DNA of 64,000 nt from Bugula neritina (lineage: Eukaryota > Animalia > Bryozoa), in the NCBI GenBank assembly GCA_964035545.1, contig OZ037767.1, positions 16,672,581 to 16,736,580 on the forward strand. Reading direction: 5' to 3'. The notes under the pieces are model-generated. The model saw nothing but the letters and a program-made list of their open reading frames with translations, had not been told where the DNA came from and did not search any database. The translations under genes and the position numbers were made by a program. Of the stretch, positions 26,299 to 39,600 are shown in pieces. Each line of letters begins with the position of its first letter. The stretch's first letter is position 1.

Positions 26299-28586
26299 TC
26301 CCGGTATATTCTAGTGTATTCCAACTATTTTATTCATATATCATTTTTTTATTTTCCTCAATGCAAATAAATGACGATTTATTTTAAATTTCAAATAGGG
26401 AATTTTTTTTTACAAATTATAGCAATAATAATTTATTCAAATTTGCTAGTTTTGAGTAAACATTGTTTAATAAAATATTTTACTTTGCTATAAAGTATGT
26501 TTTTGGGATCTGAATAATTTAAAAAAAAGTACAAGTATTAATGTAAATAGGTTAGAGTATTAGTATATTATTGCTCAGTATTTAGCCTACAGCTATAATT
26601 CAATTTATTCAATTTATACTCGTATAAACTTTGTTGAAGGAAGAAGAAAAGAAGAGCTCAAGGACATCAGAGACACACAGAGGTGTTCACGGAATATCTT
26701 TGGTGTTCTTTATTATAAATCTTCTCCTGTGGTTTTCCTTACTGCTCTACGGTGTATTTGAAGTATCAAACTTGTACAGAGAAGTTGATAGTCTTACAGC
26801 TGCTACTAGAGAGAAACCGTCTGCTGCGACCTTGACACAAACTGAACAGGAAATAGAAGAGATAAAAAAGATACACAGAGAAAGTGAAAGAGAAAGAAAG
26901 AATTTAGAGAAAAAAGTTGAAGTGTTGGAAGAAAAGTTGCTTTTAGTTGACAACCAAAATGATAAATTTGAGAGATTCTGGAAGGAGATGGTAGAAACGG
27001 TGATGTCTATAAAATATGTTGTTTATATACAGATATTTACTAAATTCAGATAGTTAATAAATATAACAGAGAATGTACATAATTCTATGTTAGTACTCAC
27101 TTGAAGATGTCATTACAAAGCAATCTATTCCCTTGCTTACAGGTGCGGTTTTATAAGAATAAAGAAAGAAATGACTGGATATTTCCAGCCAAAACGTCTG
27201 ACTTCACTACATCTGAGCCCACAAGTACATCTGAACCTACACCAGAGAAGGGTAGTTCAGCCAATAGAAACAGGTATAAGAGAGAAGAAGGAGGCCCCAC
27301 CGTTTTACTCCACACTTTATTCAAGGATATGGTAAATTCCTTGGGCTATGATGAAACAGACCTGCCTTCACCTGAGCAAATTGCTGAACTTCTAGGTAAA
27401 GTATATAATAATCATTAAATAATCATTTACTCGAAAATCAAATAAATATATTCTTAATGCTTTATTCAAGATTTTCACCATTTATTATTTTATTCTGTTC
27501 TGTAGCTTGTAGACAAGGACCAAAAGGTGAAAACGGACTTAACGGAAAAGATGGACATCCTGGAGTTGACGGTGCAACTGGGGAGAAAGGAGAACCCGGC
27601 ATTATGGGGGTTAAAGGAATGTCAGGAGAGAAAGGAGAAAGTGGACTTCCTGGTGTTGATGGCAGAATTGGTAGTAAAGGAGAACCTGGTGCTGATGGAG
27701 AAGCTGGTATGCCTGGAACAAAAGGTGAAAAGGGAATCCCTGGAAATCATGGAGAAAAAGGAACTTCCGGCAGAAATGGAGAAAAAGGTTTGCCTGGAAT
27801 GAATGGGCTCCCCGGAGCAGATGGCATAGCTGGCGACAAAGGAGAACCTGGTATTTCTGGCTCAGCCGGCATCCCAGGACTAAAGGGTGATAGAGGAATA
27901 CCTGGAGAAAATGGAAGAAATGGAGCACCTGGTAACACTGGTGTTAAAGGAGAGCCTGGTCAACCTGGAGCTCAGGGAGACAAGGGAATGATTGGTCAAA
28001 AGGGATCGAAAGGAATACAAGGGCAGACAGGAATAAGAGGAGTGACTGGTTTGAAAGGAGATTCTGGTAGAGCTGGCAGTCCAGGAGTCAGAGGTGCAAA
28101 AGGTGATTGATTACCTTTGATAGTAACCATGATGCTTTGCTTTTAATTATACTTTTATTTACCTAAGTGTTATTTATACAGCATATTGTATGATATAGTA
28201 AGATATATTACATAATATATAATAATCCTTCAATAGTATGCATACTATCAAAGTTGAATTTAGCCAATTGATGAGTGGAAATAATTTGATGCTGCATAAG
28301 TTTAAGCGTCAAACTATAATCAATATGGATAATTTAAAAGTAATTGAAAAATAAATGTATTATTTTGTACCACTCACAGACTTTTCCATCGCTGATGTTT
28401 ATAGGAAAGTAGTCTTTATCAAAATACATGCATACTTCTGCAGGTGACAGAGGAGTAAGAGGTCTAACTGGTGCTAGAGGAGCTCAGGGTGCCACTGGAA
28501 GAAAGGGAGACAAAGGAGCCGTTGGAAGTAGCGGAGGAGACAGAAGGGGAGGAGACAGAAGGAGAGGAGATAGAAGGAGAGGATAA
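26290..28586 (+). CDS. Copy 5: complete lectin-less type II transmembrane collagen with RYKR stalk site and RGD tail
   Basis: Exons 26290-26292 (ATG), 26640-26999, 27143-27395, 27506-28102, 28444-28586. Open frame ending GSSGGDRRGGDRRRGDRRRG*. TATA box at 26223. Confidence 0.85.
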
Positions 28587-30267
28587 AGTATTCCCCACCC
28601 TCATTACTACGTGGCCTAATTTGGCTGTTTTCATTAGAAATTTTAAACTGATACACTTAGTATTAGTTACATGATGTAATAGACCACAATTATATGGTAA
28701 CAACTCACACACAGTCATTGAGCGAAATAGATATACAAAACTGATTGAACTATGTTAATACCACTTACATATTATTAAAGTTCCTAGTAAACTTAGCCAT
28801 GTTATCTATATATATGGGCAGATCTGTAATTCCCATATACTCAAAGATTATCAATATATTATTTTCTCAGTATATCTATTATCCTATACCACTATAGAAG
28901 TCGTAGAGAACTTCGGGTCAATCAGTGGTAATGGGCTTTGTATTGAGTTATATAGAAATGGTCATCAATGTTCGCCTAACGAGGCGCAATCGTTATGAGT
29001 AATTGATTGGCTGTAGCTACAGCCAGTTTAATTTCATTGGCTAGGTGATGATTATAGCAATTAGAACAAGTGGTGGATAAAGTTAGGGGTGATATCAATA
29101 CAGATATTCTTAGCAGTAACTGTATTTTGAAAAAATATTTTCTTCCAAAATATTTCAAAAGCTATGAGTTATGAATAAAAATTAACAAAATTTATCACTT
29201 TTGAATGAAAAATCTTAATAGATGCAGGTCTGACTTTTTGATATAAATCCACTCCTTTTAGACTTTGTTCTAGAGAAAGGCTCATATCACTGTATCTATT
29301 GGATAGGAACTTGGTCTTATAGTTTTACTTGAAGCATAATTGTCTTCTCACTCTATTTCAATTCATATATGTTTATAACTCCTTGAATCTATCTGCATGA
29401 TTAAAACATAATTGTCTTCTCATTAAATAATAGTTTTGCAGACTGAATGCCACCATAATTCATACACTCTTGTAAAAAATTAAAATGTTATAACAGTTTT
29501 TGGTTTATTAATATAAACTCTCAAACTCTTTTATATAAAAAAACAATTTTCAAGCTGATGAGAGAAAATATAATTTTAAGAAATATATATGTATAAATAA
29601 TTTTTGGCATATGAATAAATGTAAAACAATATTGCATATGGAAAGCTTTATAATGCCCAAAATTGAATTTCAATAGTAATTTATTTGCTTGTAAACATTA
29701 ATTCTTTTCTTGTTTTACTATACTTTTACCAGTTGTACAGGCACATGTAACCATTCTATTTCACACCTATAGATGCACATATAAATTATTACGTAGAATT
29801 TAGAAAATGAGCAAATGGCACAGATGAAAATTGAGTCGACCTATAATTTTTGACATTTTAGTAAATATCTGTAACCCATTGAAATACAACACTATAGTAA
29901 AATTTGTTTCACATTTGAGTTAAAATCTTGCATTCATGCATGCTATTTAAAATATATGAATATAATTTAATATTTTTGATTAGTGGTAACTATACATGTG
30001 CAGCATTTTTTGCTATGCTATGCAATTTATTATCACATACCATTTATTTGCAATAAAATAACTTATAACACTTTTTTATTATATAGAATATTATTTTTTA
30101 GCCTGCACTTGCATAACAAACTCTTGTGACTATGTCGCCATGCCATACGCCATGCATATAAACTAACACAATTCATGGCACATATCGATCTCAGTATGTG
30201 CCATGTTGTGTTCTTGCACAGACATCCACACGCATGCGTGAACATAAACATGAGCAAGCATATATTA

Positions 30268-33200
30268 TACTTCTCTATTGCTCTTATAAAAATTACAGCT
30301 TATTCAATTGTTGAAATATTTACAGTTAATAATTAAAGGGGCGAGCCCACCATCTGTTGTTTAGCCTCAGCATCACAACTCTATAAAGGCTGCTAATTCA
30401 CTAAATACCATTTAGAGAATTAGCTGCCCCTATAATAGAGTTGTAATATGCTGAGGCTAAACAACATTTGCAAAGATTTAACTTAAAATACATGTTGGCA
30501 ACCACATACAAGTATTGGCAGATACAAAAAAAAACATTGAGCAACATATGCTTTTAGGAGTTGCATTATCAACTTCTTCCTCAGCATCATTAAAAATATA
30601 TCATTGAAAGAAGACAATTTTGGCTTTGTGTTTTCTATATGTTTATTATTGTTATAGGTCCTTATAGATACACGCGCACACACACGTCTATATACATATA
30701 TATAATATATTAATAAATAATCTAATACAATATAAGCATGATTTATTATTTTTAAAACTTTTTTCCTTGAACTGCTATAGATGCATTTTTTGACTGATGG
30801 TTACTGCAATTTCAAAGTTAACAGATAAAGCATGTTCGAGTATTCTAGTGTTCTAGTATAATATACTAGAACATATACATGAACATATTATGTTCATGTT
30901 GAAACGTAGCAAAAGAGTTTATGTTTTCACAAGAATTTATATGAGCAACGTAAACTAGAACTTATTAGGCAAGCTCAGTTTTATTATTTATATAGTTACT
31001 GCATGCACCTAAATGGTGACAATTAGAATATAATATATATTCAAAGCATGAAATTATCTCAACTGGCCATTCAATCCTTTTTATTGCAGTTTGTATATGA
31101 ATTTTAACAGCATTCTAGCTCAAAGCTTATGTTGATCAATTTAATTCACAGTTAGTTTGAGGTCGTGCTTTTCAGTTTCTGGCTGTTTGCCAGGTGCTTT
31201 ACGTTCTATATGAACAATGTTCCACTGATACTCTATATTCCAACCTGCTGCCTAGCTAGTTCTATTTTCTTATCATAATCTTTGATGTAATTACAGAATT
31301 GGTGTGATACATTTTTTTGGCAACCATCAGAGTTATTAAATACAGTAATGGTACCTATAATAATATATTATTATCATTATAATATATTATAATATAGTAT
31401 CATGTGTTTTTTATCATATTGCGCATAATATATATTTTATTATTGTTGTTGCGCAAACAAGTGCAATTAACCTAGTTTTTAAAATGTACCTCTAAATTAT
31501 CAGAATATTAGTTTAAATATTTTCATAGTTTGTTAGGTAAACCTAAAAAAAGAGGCTGTATTCCCAAAGTAAAGGGTGTTGAAATATGAACTATATTAGA
31601 TTAGCCACTCTGCTACCAAGTGCATCAGTATATAATATATGGCTAGCTGTAATGCTTTGTCTCCTGTGGCTGGCTGTGATCTGTTAACTTGGCCAACTTC
31701 CAAGAGTTTAAAATTGGCGCAATTATTCAAGAGGTTAGTTATATACACACTGCAGAGAGCCAGCACGTGGTCATACTAACCTTGCTATTATCAGTACTTA
31801 TTATATACAACTGCCAGTTGGGGTAGGCTACCAACACCAAATTTTGCTCCATAATATACCTTAAACACAATGCAGCAACATAATTTTTAGTTTCAAATTA
31901 CAATGCCACCCTTACAGGAGCTGTGGGCTTCATAAACATTCATATGATTAGAGAGTTATGCTATAGGCCCTATAACTGTGCTAGTCTATGAAGAAAAAAC
32001 ACACCATTGTCAAAGTTTACTTCAAGTATGTTGTTTTCCAAAAACTCAGTTTTGTCCATCACTCTTTTGCATACAAATACTTATGTAATAACATACAGTT
32101 CAAGTTTTATTTTGGAGCACATCTGCAAACTCTACAATAATAGGCAAGAGCATGCTTTACCAGTCTATTTCAGACCTGTTTTTGTAGCTAGTAATATGCA
32201 AGCTATACTTATTTTTTAACTTTTGGGTTATTTGTTCAAAACCATTAGCTTTGCTAGTAACCCGAGACTATTGCAACAGTTTATGAAAATAGCTAGCCAC
32301 TGCTATAGTCAACATTAATTGACAGCCTAATAATTAAAACCCATATTTTGAGGCTCCAAATATTTATGTAATGATAGTTTCTAATATAGTGCTCATACTA
32401 TTCATGATGGCTGTGTGGTCCAGAGGTTAAAGGCGCCAGTGATGTGTTTGTTGGTGGTGGTTCAACCCTACTCTGTGGCAAATTTTTTTGTCAACTTATG
32501 CAAATCCTACTCATGCATAATAAATATGGCTATTTTGAAATATTATTATTCAACAGGAGGACAACATACATGCATACTAATTAGTTACTGAACACTGCAT
32601 GGGCTAAACCTTAAATTGATTTTATGGAATACAATGTACATAAATGAATTATATGTGAGTTAGAGAAACTGAAAGTGCACCTGCTGCACTATAGACAGAC
32701 CTTTACTGACAAGACTGCAAAGTGAAGTGAGGTGATTTAGCTGAAATTAACTCTGCCAAACAAACGAAGAACTATGTTTTGCTGAGGCATTTTCAACAGA
32801 TTGTAACATGGTGAGAAGATGCAACTAACTGCTAATGTAAAATAGGGTACATTACATTGGCAGATATCCAATATATTGCCAATTTGTGCGAGAGGGTACT
32901 ATATGTTATTGTGATAGCGCACAGAGCAGCAAACGTACTAGGAACGTTATAATTAGTCACAGGAGCGTAACTAGAACCACTATATGAAGAATTTAGATAA
33001 TTGCAGTGAAACTTGAAAAATGGTGTACGTTTTGACCAAATTGTGAAGAGCATAAACATAATTTCGAAAAACAAAGAAAGATATTAGAGAAAACATATCA
33101 AGGAATGTCAAGTTTGAATTTCATCATTAAAATAGGAATTAGATATCATATTATGTGCAAACTTTCATAATTGTAAGCTGATCACTGTAGCACTTCGAGT

Positions 33201-33964
33201 ATTCATGACTTTCATCATTCCAAAGCCATCCACTATAGCAAATTTATGTTCTGAAACCTACTAGCAGTTGCTGGCATGGGCTACTTGTTTGTGTTACTCA
33301 AGTGATAAGAGCATTGTGTGAACTAATTAACAGCTATGTGCAATTCCTATTCAGATTTTATTACCAACACTTGTTGCTGCTATTATCATTTGCGGTTGCT
33401 TCATTAAATAGGTTGTCTGGAAATTCACTTATTACTAGTAAGTATGTACATGCTATAACTGGGAGAACTAGTATATCTTCATACAGCAATTATATTATGG
33501 CTGGCCAAGCATTGATCAACCTTTATCAACAGCTCCTCAATTTCTGCAAGTGCACATCAAAATGTACATCACAAATCAATGTTTTATAAACTAAAATGTC
33601 AAAGCACATTAGCGTCAGAGTTCATGCTGCAGTGGGTTACCAACATGTAAACTGGGCAAGTGGCTGAGCCAGCAGTTTATAATATCAGTATATTCATTAT
33701 GCTTTGAACTATAAAATCTTAGCTAGAACTTTATTATAGCTCTTCGACTTTAAAAAATTCAAGCTGCATATATTAAACTAAGATATGGTCATACCAGTTA
33801 TGTAAACATAAACTAGAATAACCTGGTATTCAGTGAATTAGCAGCCTCTATAGAGTTATGATGCTGAGGCTAAACAACGGATGATGGGCTCACCCCTTTA
33901 ATTATTAACTGTAAATATTTCAACAATTAAAAGCTGTAATTTTTATAAGAGCAATAGAGAAGTA
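30268..33964. mobile_element. 3.7-kb segment bounded by ~140-bp inverted repeats (possible nested TIR element)
   Basis: 30268-30410 is the reverse complement of 33824-33964; flanked by TTA on both sides (or TA, if the ends are drawn 2 bp inward). Confidence 0.55.
32408..32485 (+). repeat. tRNA-derived SINE head
   Basis: A box-like TGGTCCAGAGG and B box-like GGTTCAACCC; no complete cloverleaf. Confidence 0.5.
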
Positions 33965-35758
33965 TTAAATAAGACAATCAGCATGAATCTCACAAATCCT
34001 TTATTCAGTGACTGAGAATAATTTGTATAATAATTATTTGCTGTGAAAGATTCAAGCACTTAGAATGCTTAGGTTCAAAGTTAGTGTCATTTCCTGAGGC
34101 AAGTGAAGTGATATGAAAATTGAGAAAAACATGTATTATACAGGTTATAAACTTAGCAAGAAAAGTTATGTTATTGCGATAATTAGGAAAATTAAAGACC
34201 TTAGTCTATCTCAATTTCTCCACTAATGCATCTACATATCAGCCGATTTCTTCACCACTTATCAGGAGCAAACTGGGAGGCAGACCAAGATATCTACAAT
34301 AATAAAAATAACATGGGGAATTAAGAATTTATATGTACAGCTTTTCTGAAACAACTTGTTTCTATACCAGAAATCGATTGACAATGACCATTAAAGCAGT
34401 AATTAGTGAAACTGAAAAACCTCAAAACAAAAATTTCATAAAAAACATAACACTTGTGGTAGAACTATGAGTACTAGTAGATGAGACTACAACAAAACTT
34501 TACTTTTTAGCACAATGGCTGGTATTTTATGTAATGAATCTGCAAAAGCAAATATCCAAATTATTGTATGAGCTATGTACAATGAAGGGAGAGTAGACAG
34601 TCTTCTATGTAGGCAGTAAGTTGGGGGTTAATGGGGTTGACCAGCAGTGAGGAACACCTTGAATGGCAATAAAGACTGTAGGTCAGAGCATATTGATAGG
34701 TTGTAAACATAAATTTACATCAGAGGTTACTTGCTGCAACATAATGACAACGTAATATGAACCTGGTTTTTACCACTATTGTGAATTTGTCAATGCACTA
34801 ACTTGAGTGGATGTTTACATGATCTAAATGCAGAATTGCACTAAATAACCCCTAGAAATGATCTGGTACGTTCCTGGTAAACCTAACAAATAAATATTTA
34901 GACATGACATTCCTAAAATGTTGCAAATTGGAGTTTTGAAGTCAATCTCAAATCCTAAAACACCAAAAATGCAACACCTAATAAAACGCTTACAGAAAGC
35001 GAAAATAATGTATATAATTGGCTGCTTGTGACACATTATTAAAAGAATAATTCATTTCCAAATGCTAATTTACATTTTCAATGGGGTTATATAGGTGATT
35101 TCAGACCTGTACTAAAAAGTCTATCACAGCAGCATATTGTTAAACTGGAGCAGATGTGAAAAAACTAAGTATTTTCACTAAATATGATTGATGTTATACA
35201 CTAAGTTACCAAGCATTGCATTTCCAAATTGATTTTTCATTAAAATATGTTTGGAAAGATGAGACCCCAACCATAAGTAAATGCAAACCACAAGCACAAG
35301 TCCATATGTATGAGCATCCATTCCCATAATGCAAAATCAAAATGGAATGATAGTAAGTTTAAAACCTTGCACCATTATCATGTAGCCAGTTTACCTGAAC
35401 TGGTGTAGAAAACCCTTGTGCTAACCTCTTCTATGCTATAATTCAAATATCGGAGCTCTTAGTTTTCCTGGTGAAAGATGGATCGGGCAACTTTCCTTCA
35501 ACACTAAAAAGAAATAATAGTACATGAGAATATTATACACTAACCATTAAAATGACAATCAAAAATACCAAATATGAATTATGAAGTTTTGGGAAAATAC
35601 AAACAAGATCAGCCAACATTAAATATGAATTAGCCACCTTTAGGGTCAAAACAATTATCAACAACCTATGAAGCCCTTTATCAAACTATAAACAATGAAC
35701 CAATGGCTGCCAGGTCTGCTTTCTACATTGAAACAGATTTTTAAGTTTCTGGCAATAT

Positions 35759-35882
35759 GACCAACAAGTTTTGCAGAGTCTGAGATGGTTAGGCCAAGTG
35801 TACAGAATGGGAAATAGTTGGTGACCAAGACAGCTGCTTTACTCTCAATTGAAAGATGAAGAAAGAAATAGGGGAGGCCTAG
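35759..35882 (+). mobile_element. RTE-clade LINE fragment
   Basis: Translates LRWLGQVYRMGNSW*PRQLLYSQLKDEERNRG, resembling the RTE C-terminal LRWxGHVxRM...P+QLLY motif. Confidence 0.6.
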
Positions 35883-36538
35883 AGAGAGGGGGGGGAGGCA
35901 GAGAGAGACCTAGCAATATCAAAATTAGCTATACATGCCGAGTCTCTGCCACTTGCTACTGTAGCATTTTAACGATATTGCGTACCATTATAATAATTTA
36001 CTACTATTTTTGTAAAGTTATTTGATGCAAAATTAACAAGTGACTAAAAATAATACATGAAACATAACATGATACATTTACAGCATTGAACTCAAATAAT
36101 TCAAAACCTACACTGAATAATTGTTCAACTAACATCACATGAAAATATGTGTCTATTCCTACATATGTTCAGCTGGTTTTAATGCATGGTTGCCTCTTCA
36201 GCATTACATCAGAGAGCAGCATTTTGCGATAGCCTCTGGAATAGTTAATCGGAATTTAAACTTAGTGAACACAAAACAATAGATTACGTACTACAATGGT
36301 GCTCACTACAGATTAGACATCTGCTCAAGTAGATACTGGAGATTTTAGGTTTTTCATAGCATTTAACACCTACCCACACTTTCTGAGCTTCAAATTTGTA
36401 CAACATTATTTTGTTTTCCTCTAGTTTCATAGTTCTTTTGATAGTCTATTAGTGGTTAGCAAACAGACTAAAAAGAAATGATCTTCATTTCCAATGGTCT
36501 AAAATATAATACAAATAGATATAAATTTCATTACAAGG

Positions 36539-36615
36539 AGCAGCTGTGGCCTAGGGTTTAGAAATCTGGTTTAGTAAGCCAGTAGTCATGGGTTCACTGC
36601 CCAGTAAAAGCCATC
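36539..36615 (+). repeat. tRNA-derived SINE head
   Basis: GTGGCCTAGGGTTTAG ... GGGTTCACTGCCC; degenerate A and B boxes. Confidence 0.45.
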
Positions 36616-39600
36616 TTTGATGTTAAGCATCCACATCCAGTAAAACTGTGCAGGGGAGTAATAAATTATGCTAACTTCTTTTAGCATGCAAATTTACGAT
36701 TATAAAAAGCTTATAAATGAATGCTACATTTTAACAGTGAACAAATAGTAAATGAACAAATGTGTTCGAAAGCATTAAAAACTAATAAAATTAACCCTGC
36801 CATCCAATACTGCCAAGAACTTTAGACTAGAGAACAAGCGTTTCATGCTTAAAGTTGGAGAATGATGCTGTAAGGTGCTGATGTGTAACAAATAACTGAA
36901 GGTCACGAATACTTTTCCTTGGGGAGTTAGTGGCCACAGCCTGAGTTTAGGAAAATTTTCACTCACTTGAACACGTGTCCATGAGCATAGCTCACAATAA
37001 GGAGAATCACCGTTTCAGTGCGCCCTAGAAAAAAGATAGTGTCAATATATGAAATTGTGAGAAGCAAATTATAACAATAGCTAAATAAGGCAAAAATGTT
37101 AAGAAATTATATGTATACTCTAGAAGTTATCATGTAACAGATAAATGCATAATTGACAACTGATTGAATAAACATAGATGACCAATAATTTCACTTCACT
37201 TAAATATAATATAAAATACTAGCGATTATTTGAAACACAAATGACCCAAATATTTTTTAGAATTTGATTGGACAATTTGAATAATTTACCATTGATTATA
37301 GAGATGACTTTGAGGGTGTAAGCTACAAATTTTTTAACCATTGTATTGTTACACAATTGGCAAGTTGATGGGAGTAGAGACAGCCTTTCACCTAAAACAT
37401 AGATTACAAGCTAAAACAGTGTTTTAGCTTAAAACAACACATTATAAATTGTTGGGTATAAAAAATGCAAAATAATAGTAACAACACCTAAAATTGGTGA
37501 TGGCTGGTTAATTAAAATAAAAGTTACTAAAAATTACCTACTAATCAAGAGTTTCCTAGTTCCCATGCCAGTAATTGTATTCCTATGAAGAATTGATCGG
37601 ATTTTGTCCCATTTAACTGAGGTAGCCTCTATATACATTGGTGCTCTTTGAGGCTGTCGGGCATACTGCTCAAGGAGTTCTAACAATTGTTGAACATCTG
37701 AAAACATAAACAGCCTTAAATTGTAGTAAAAAAGTTAGCATATATATAGGTGTCTGACAGTATTTTGAAAGTGAGATAAAGAAGTTGTATGTACAATTCA
37801 TTACATTCTATGAGCCATAAATACATGAATATTATCAGGTGCTTATTGGCTGTAAAAAGCCTAATTTGGACTTAATATTATTTATTCGTGTTTTTACAAG
37901 TTGATTAGGTGGCTAAAATACAAAATTAGGTAGGAAACTTTACGTTCACGCAATAATTTTTCATTTTCGCCATTTACAGTACTACAACATTTAGGATCAT
38001 TGTGTGATGGTTATGTTTATCAAAATCTAAAATGAACATATCAAAATTGTGCAGCAAAAATTGTGCCAGTACAAAAACAACATTTATGTATTCACCAGAA
38101 CTTTTCTTTAGAATAGATGTAAAAATAACCTGTCAATTGCTCTGAGGCAGCTTTTTTCAACTCATCACTTATATTTTCAGCTTGGTCTAACAGGTTTGTG
38201 ACAATTCTAAAAGATTGAACAAATTCAATATTGTGTATGGAGAAAACTGATTAAAAACCAAGCTACAAAACTCATCATAGTTAGTATAACATGCACTTAC
38301 TTTCTTGACGCCTTTTCAATCATCGTTTTTCAAGTTGCAAATTGTTTCAGTACCATTTTTGATTTTATCTTCCTCGATACCTTTTTCTGCCAAAGCCTCA
38401 AGTTGGGATAAACAGACTGAATAGCTTTATTCATCGTTATCCATGGTCTATAAATCATTTTAAACAAATATTTTCAACTTGTTAATGGTTATGCATATAT
38501 TTTTATATTTTGAGAATGACCATTATGAACATCTTATTTTCAACTATGACTAGGACACTCATAGTAATAGTGAACCCTAATTATCTATACACCAATATTG
38601 TTCACTACATTCTTAACAGTTAAATACATATAATAATATTCAGAAACATAATATACCCCGTGTTAATTAGCTATATGCAATTTCACCAGCTCCAGGCTAG
38701 GATCCCAATTCATTGCAAAACTTCTTTTTATTACTATTGCGTCGATTATAAGTGAGTAAATACTTATAGTTATACTCATAGTGTTTTCATCAAGAATGAA
38801 CCTAAATTGTAGTTAGTTAGTCACTCACACTGGGTAACTTTTAAATTTATTGCATTATGATTATAATTATTGGAACAGAAAACAACGAAGTTCCAAATTG
38901 AAAGAGAAAGAATCAGTACTGTAAGTGATTATAACTAAATATAAGTTAACGGACTGAGACTACCATTAGATTTTTCTTAGTAAACAAACGCATAATCAAT
39001 TAATAATGAAATATAACTTGATACCAACTCATAGTCATAGGGCGTAGTGATAGTCATAAAAATTATCTATTACAGCATTAGATTAGACTTACTCTTACTA
39101 CCTACTGGTAATACTAATTGAGTAATCAGTAATAGTAATAACTAACTATTAAGGTATTAGACATCAGAACTACTAGTAGGTCTACTAGTACTACTACTAG
39201 TAACTAGAGTACTACTACTACTACTAGTACTACTGTACTACTACTACTACTACTAGTACTACTACGTCTACTGTACTAGTAGTAATAATAATTTATATCA
39301 AAAATGAGCACATTGTTTTACTAATAATATTATCAACCTAATAGCAATAGTACCAACCTGATTCGTAATGGGTTTTCTTGAAGAATGGAACTAGATTGTA
39401 ATTACTAACATGTGTATACTGTACATACTAAATTAGTCTCTAATAATATATTATTATGAAACTTATGATTATCGCCCCATTTGCGGAGCAGTTAGGCCGA
39501 ATTTATTATGAACACAAGAGGCGAGTAAGCTTGCGCAGATAAATTACTGGCCACTATGATAGACTAGACCTGTTTTGACCGAATATCGGTTTTACTTGAA

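Larger units (their letters stand above)
34200..38447 (-). pseudogene. Decayed multi-exon gene of unrecognised family inside the large insertion
   Basis: AG/GT-bounded exons at 38447-38301, 38206-38130, 37697-37542, 37024-36967 and approximately 36877-36797, 35503-35395, 34882-34850, 34293-34200. Translation is protein-like (LEALAEKGIEEDKIK, IVTNLLDQAENISDELKKAASEQL, DVQQLLELLEQYARQPQRAPMYIEATSVKWDKIRSILHRN) with in-frame stops and a +1 frameshift. Confidence 0.55.

Noticed and set aside
28875-28910. Helitron 5' end (A|TCTATTATCCTATAC) as the explanation for the left junction of the large insertion
   Set aside because: Helitrons make no TSD, whereas an exact 8-bp duplication and a matching right terminus are present. 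It is not fully excluded as a nested event.
33390-33545. Further exon (EIEELLIKVDQCLAS) of the cargo pseudogene and a nucleotidyltransferase-family assignment
   Set aside because: It lies inside the inverted-repeat segment, and the resemblance is too weak to support without a profile search.
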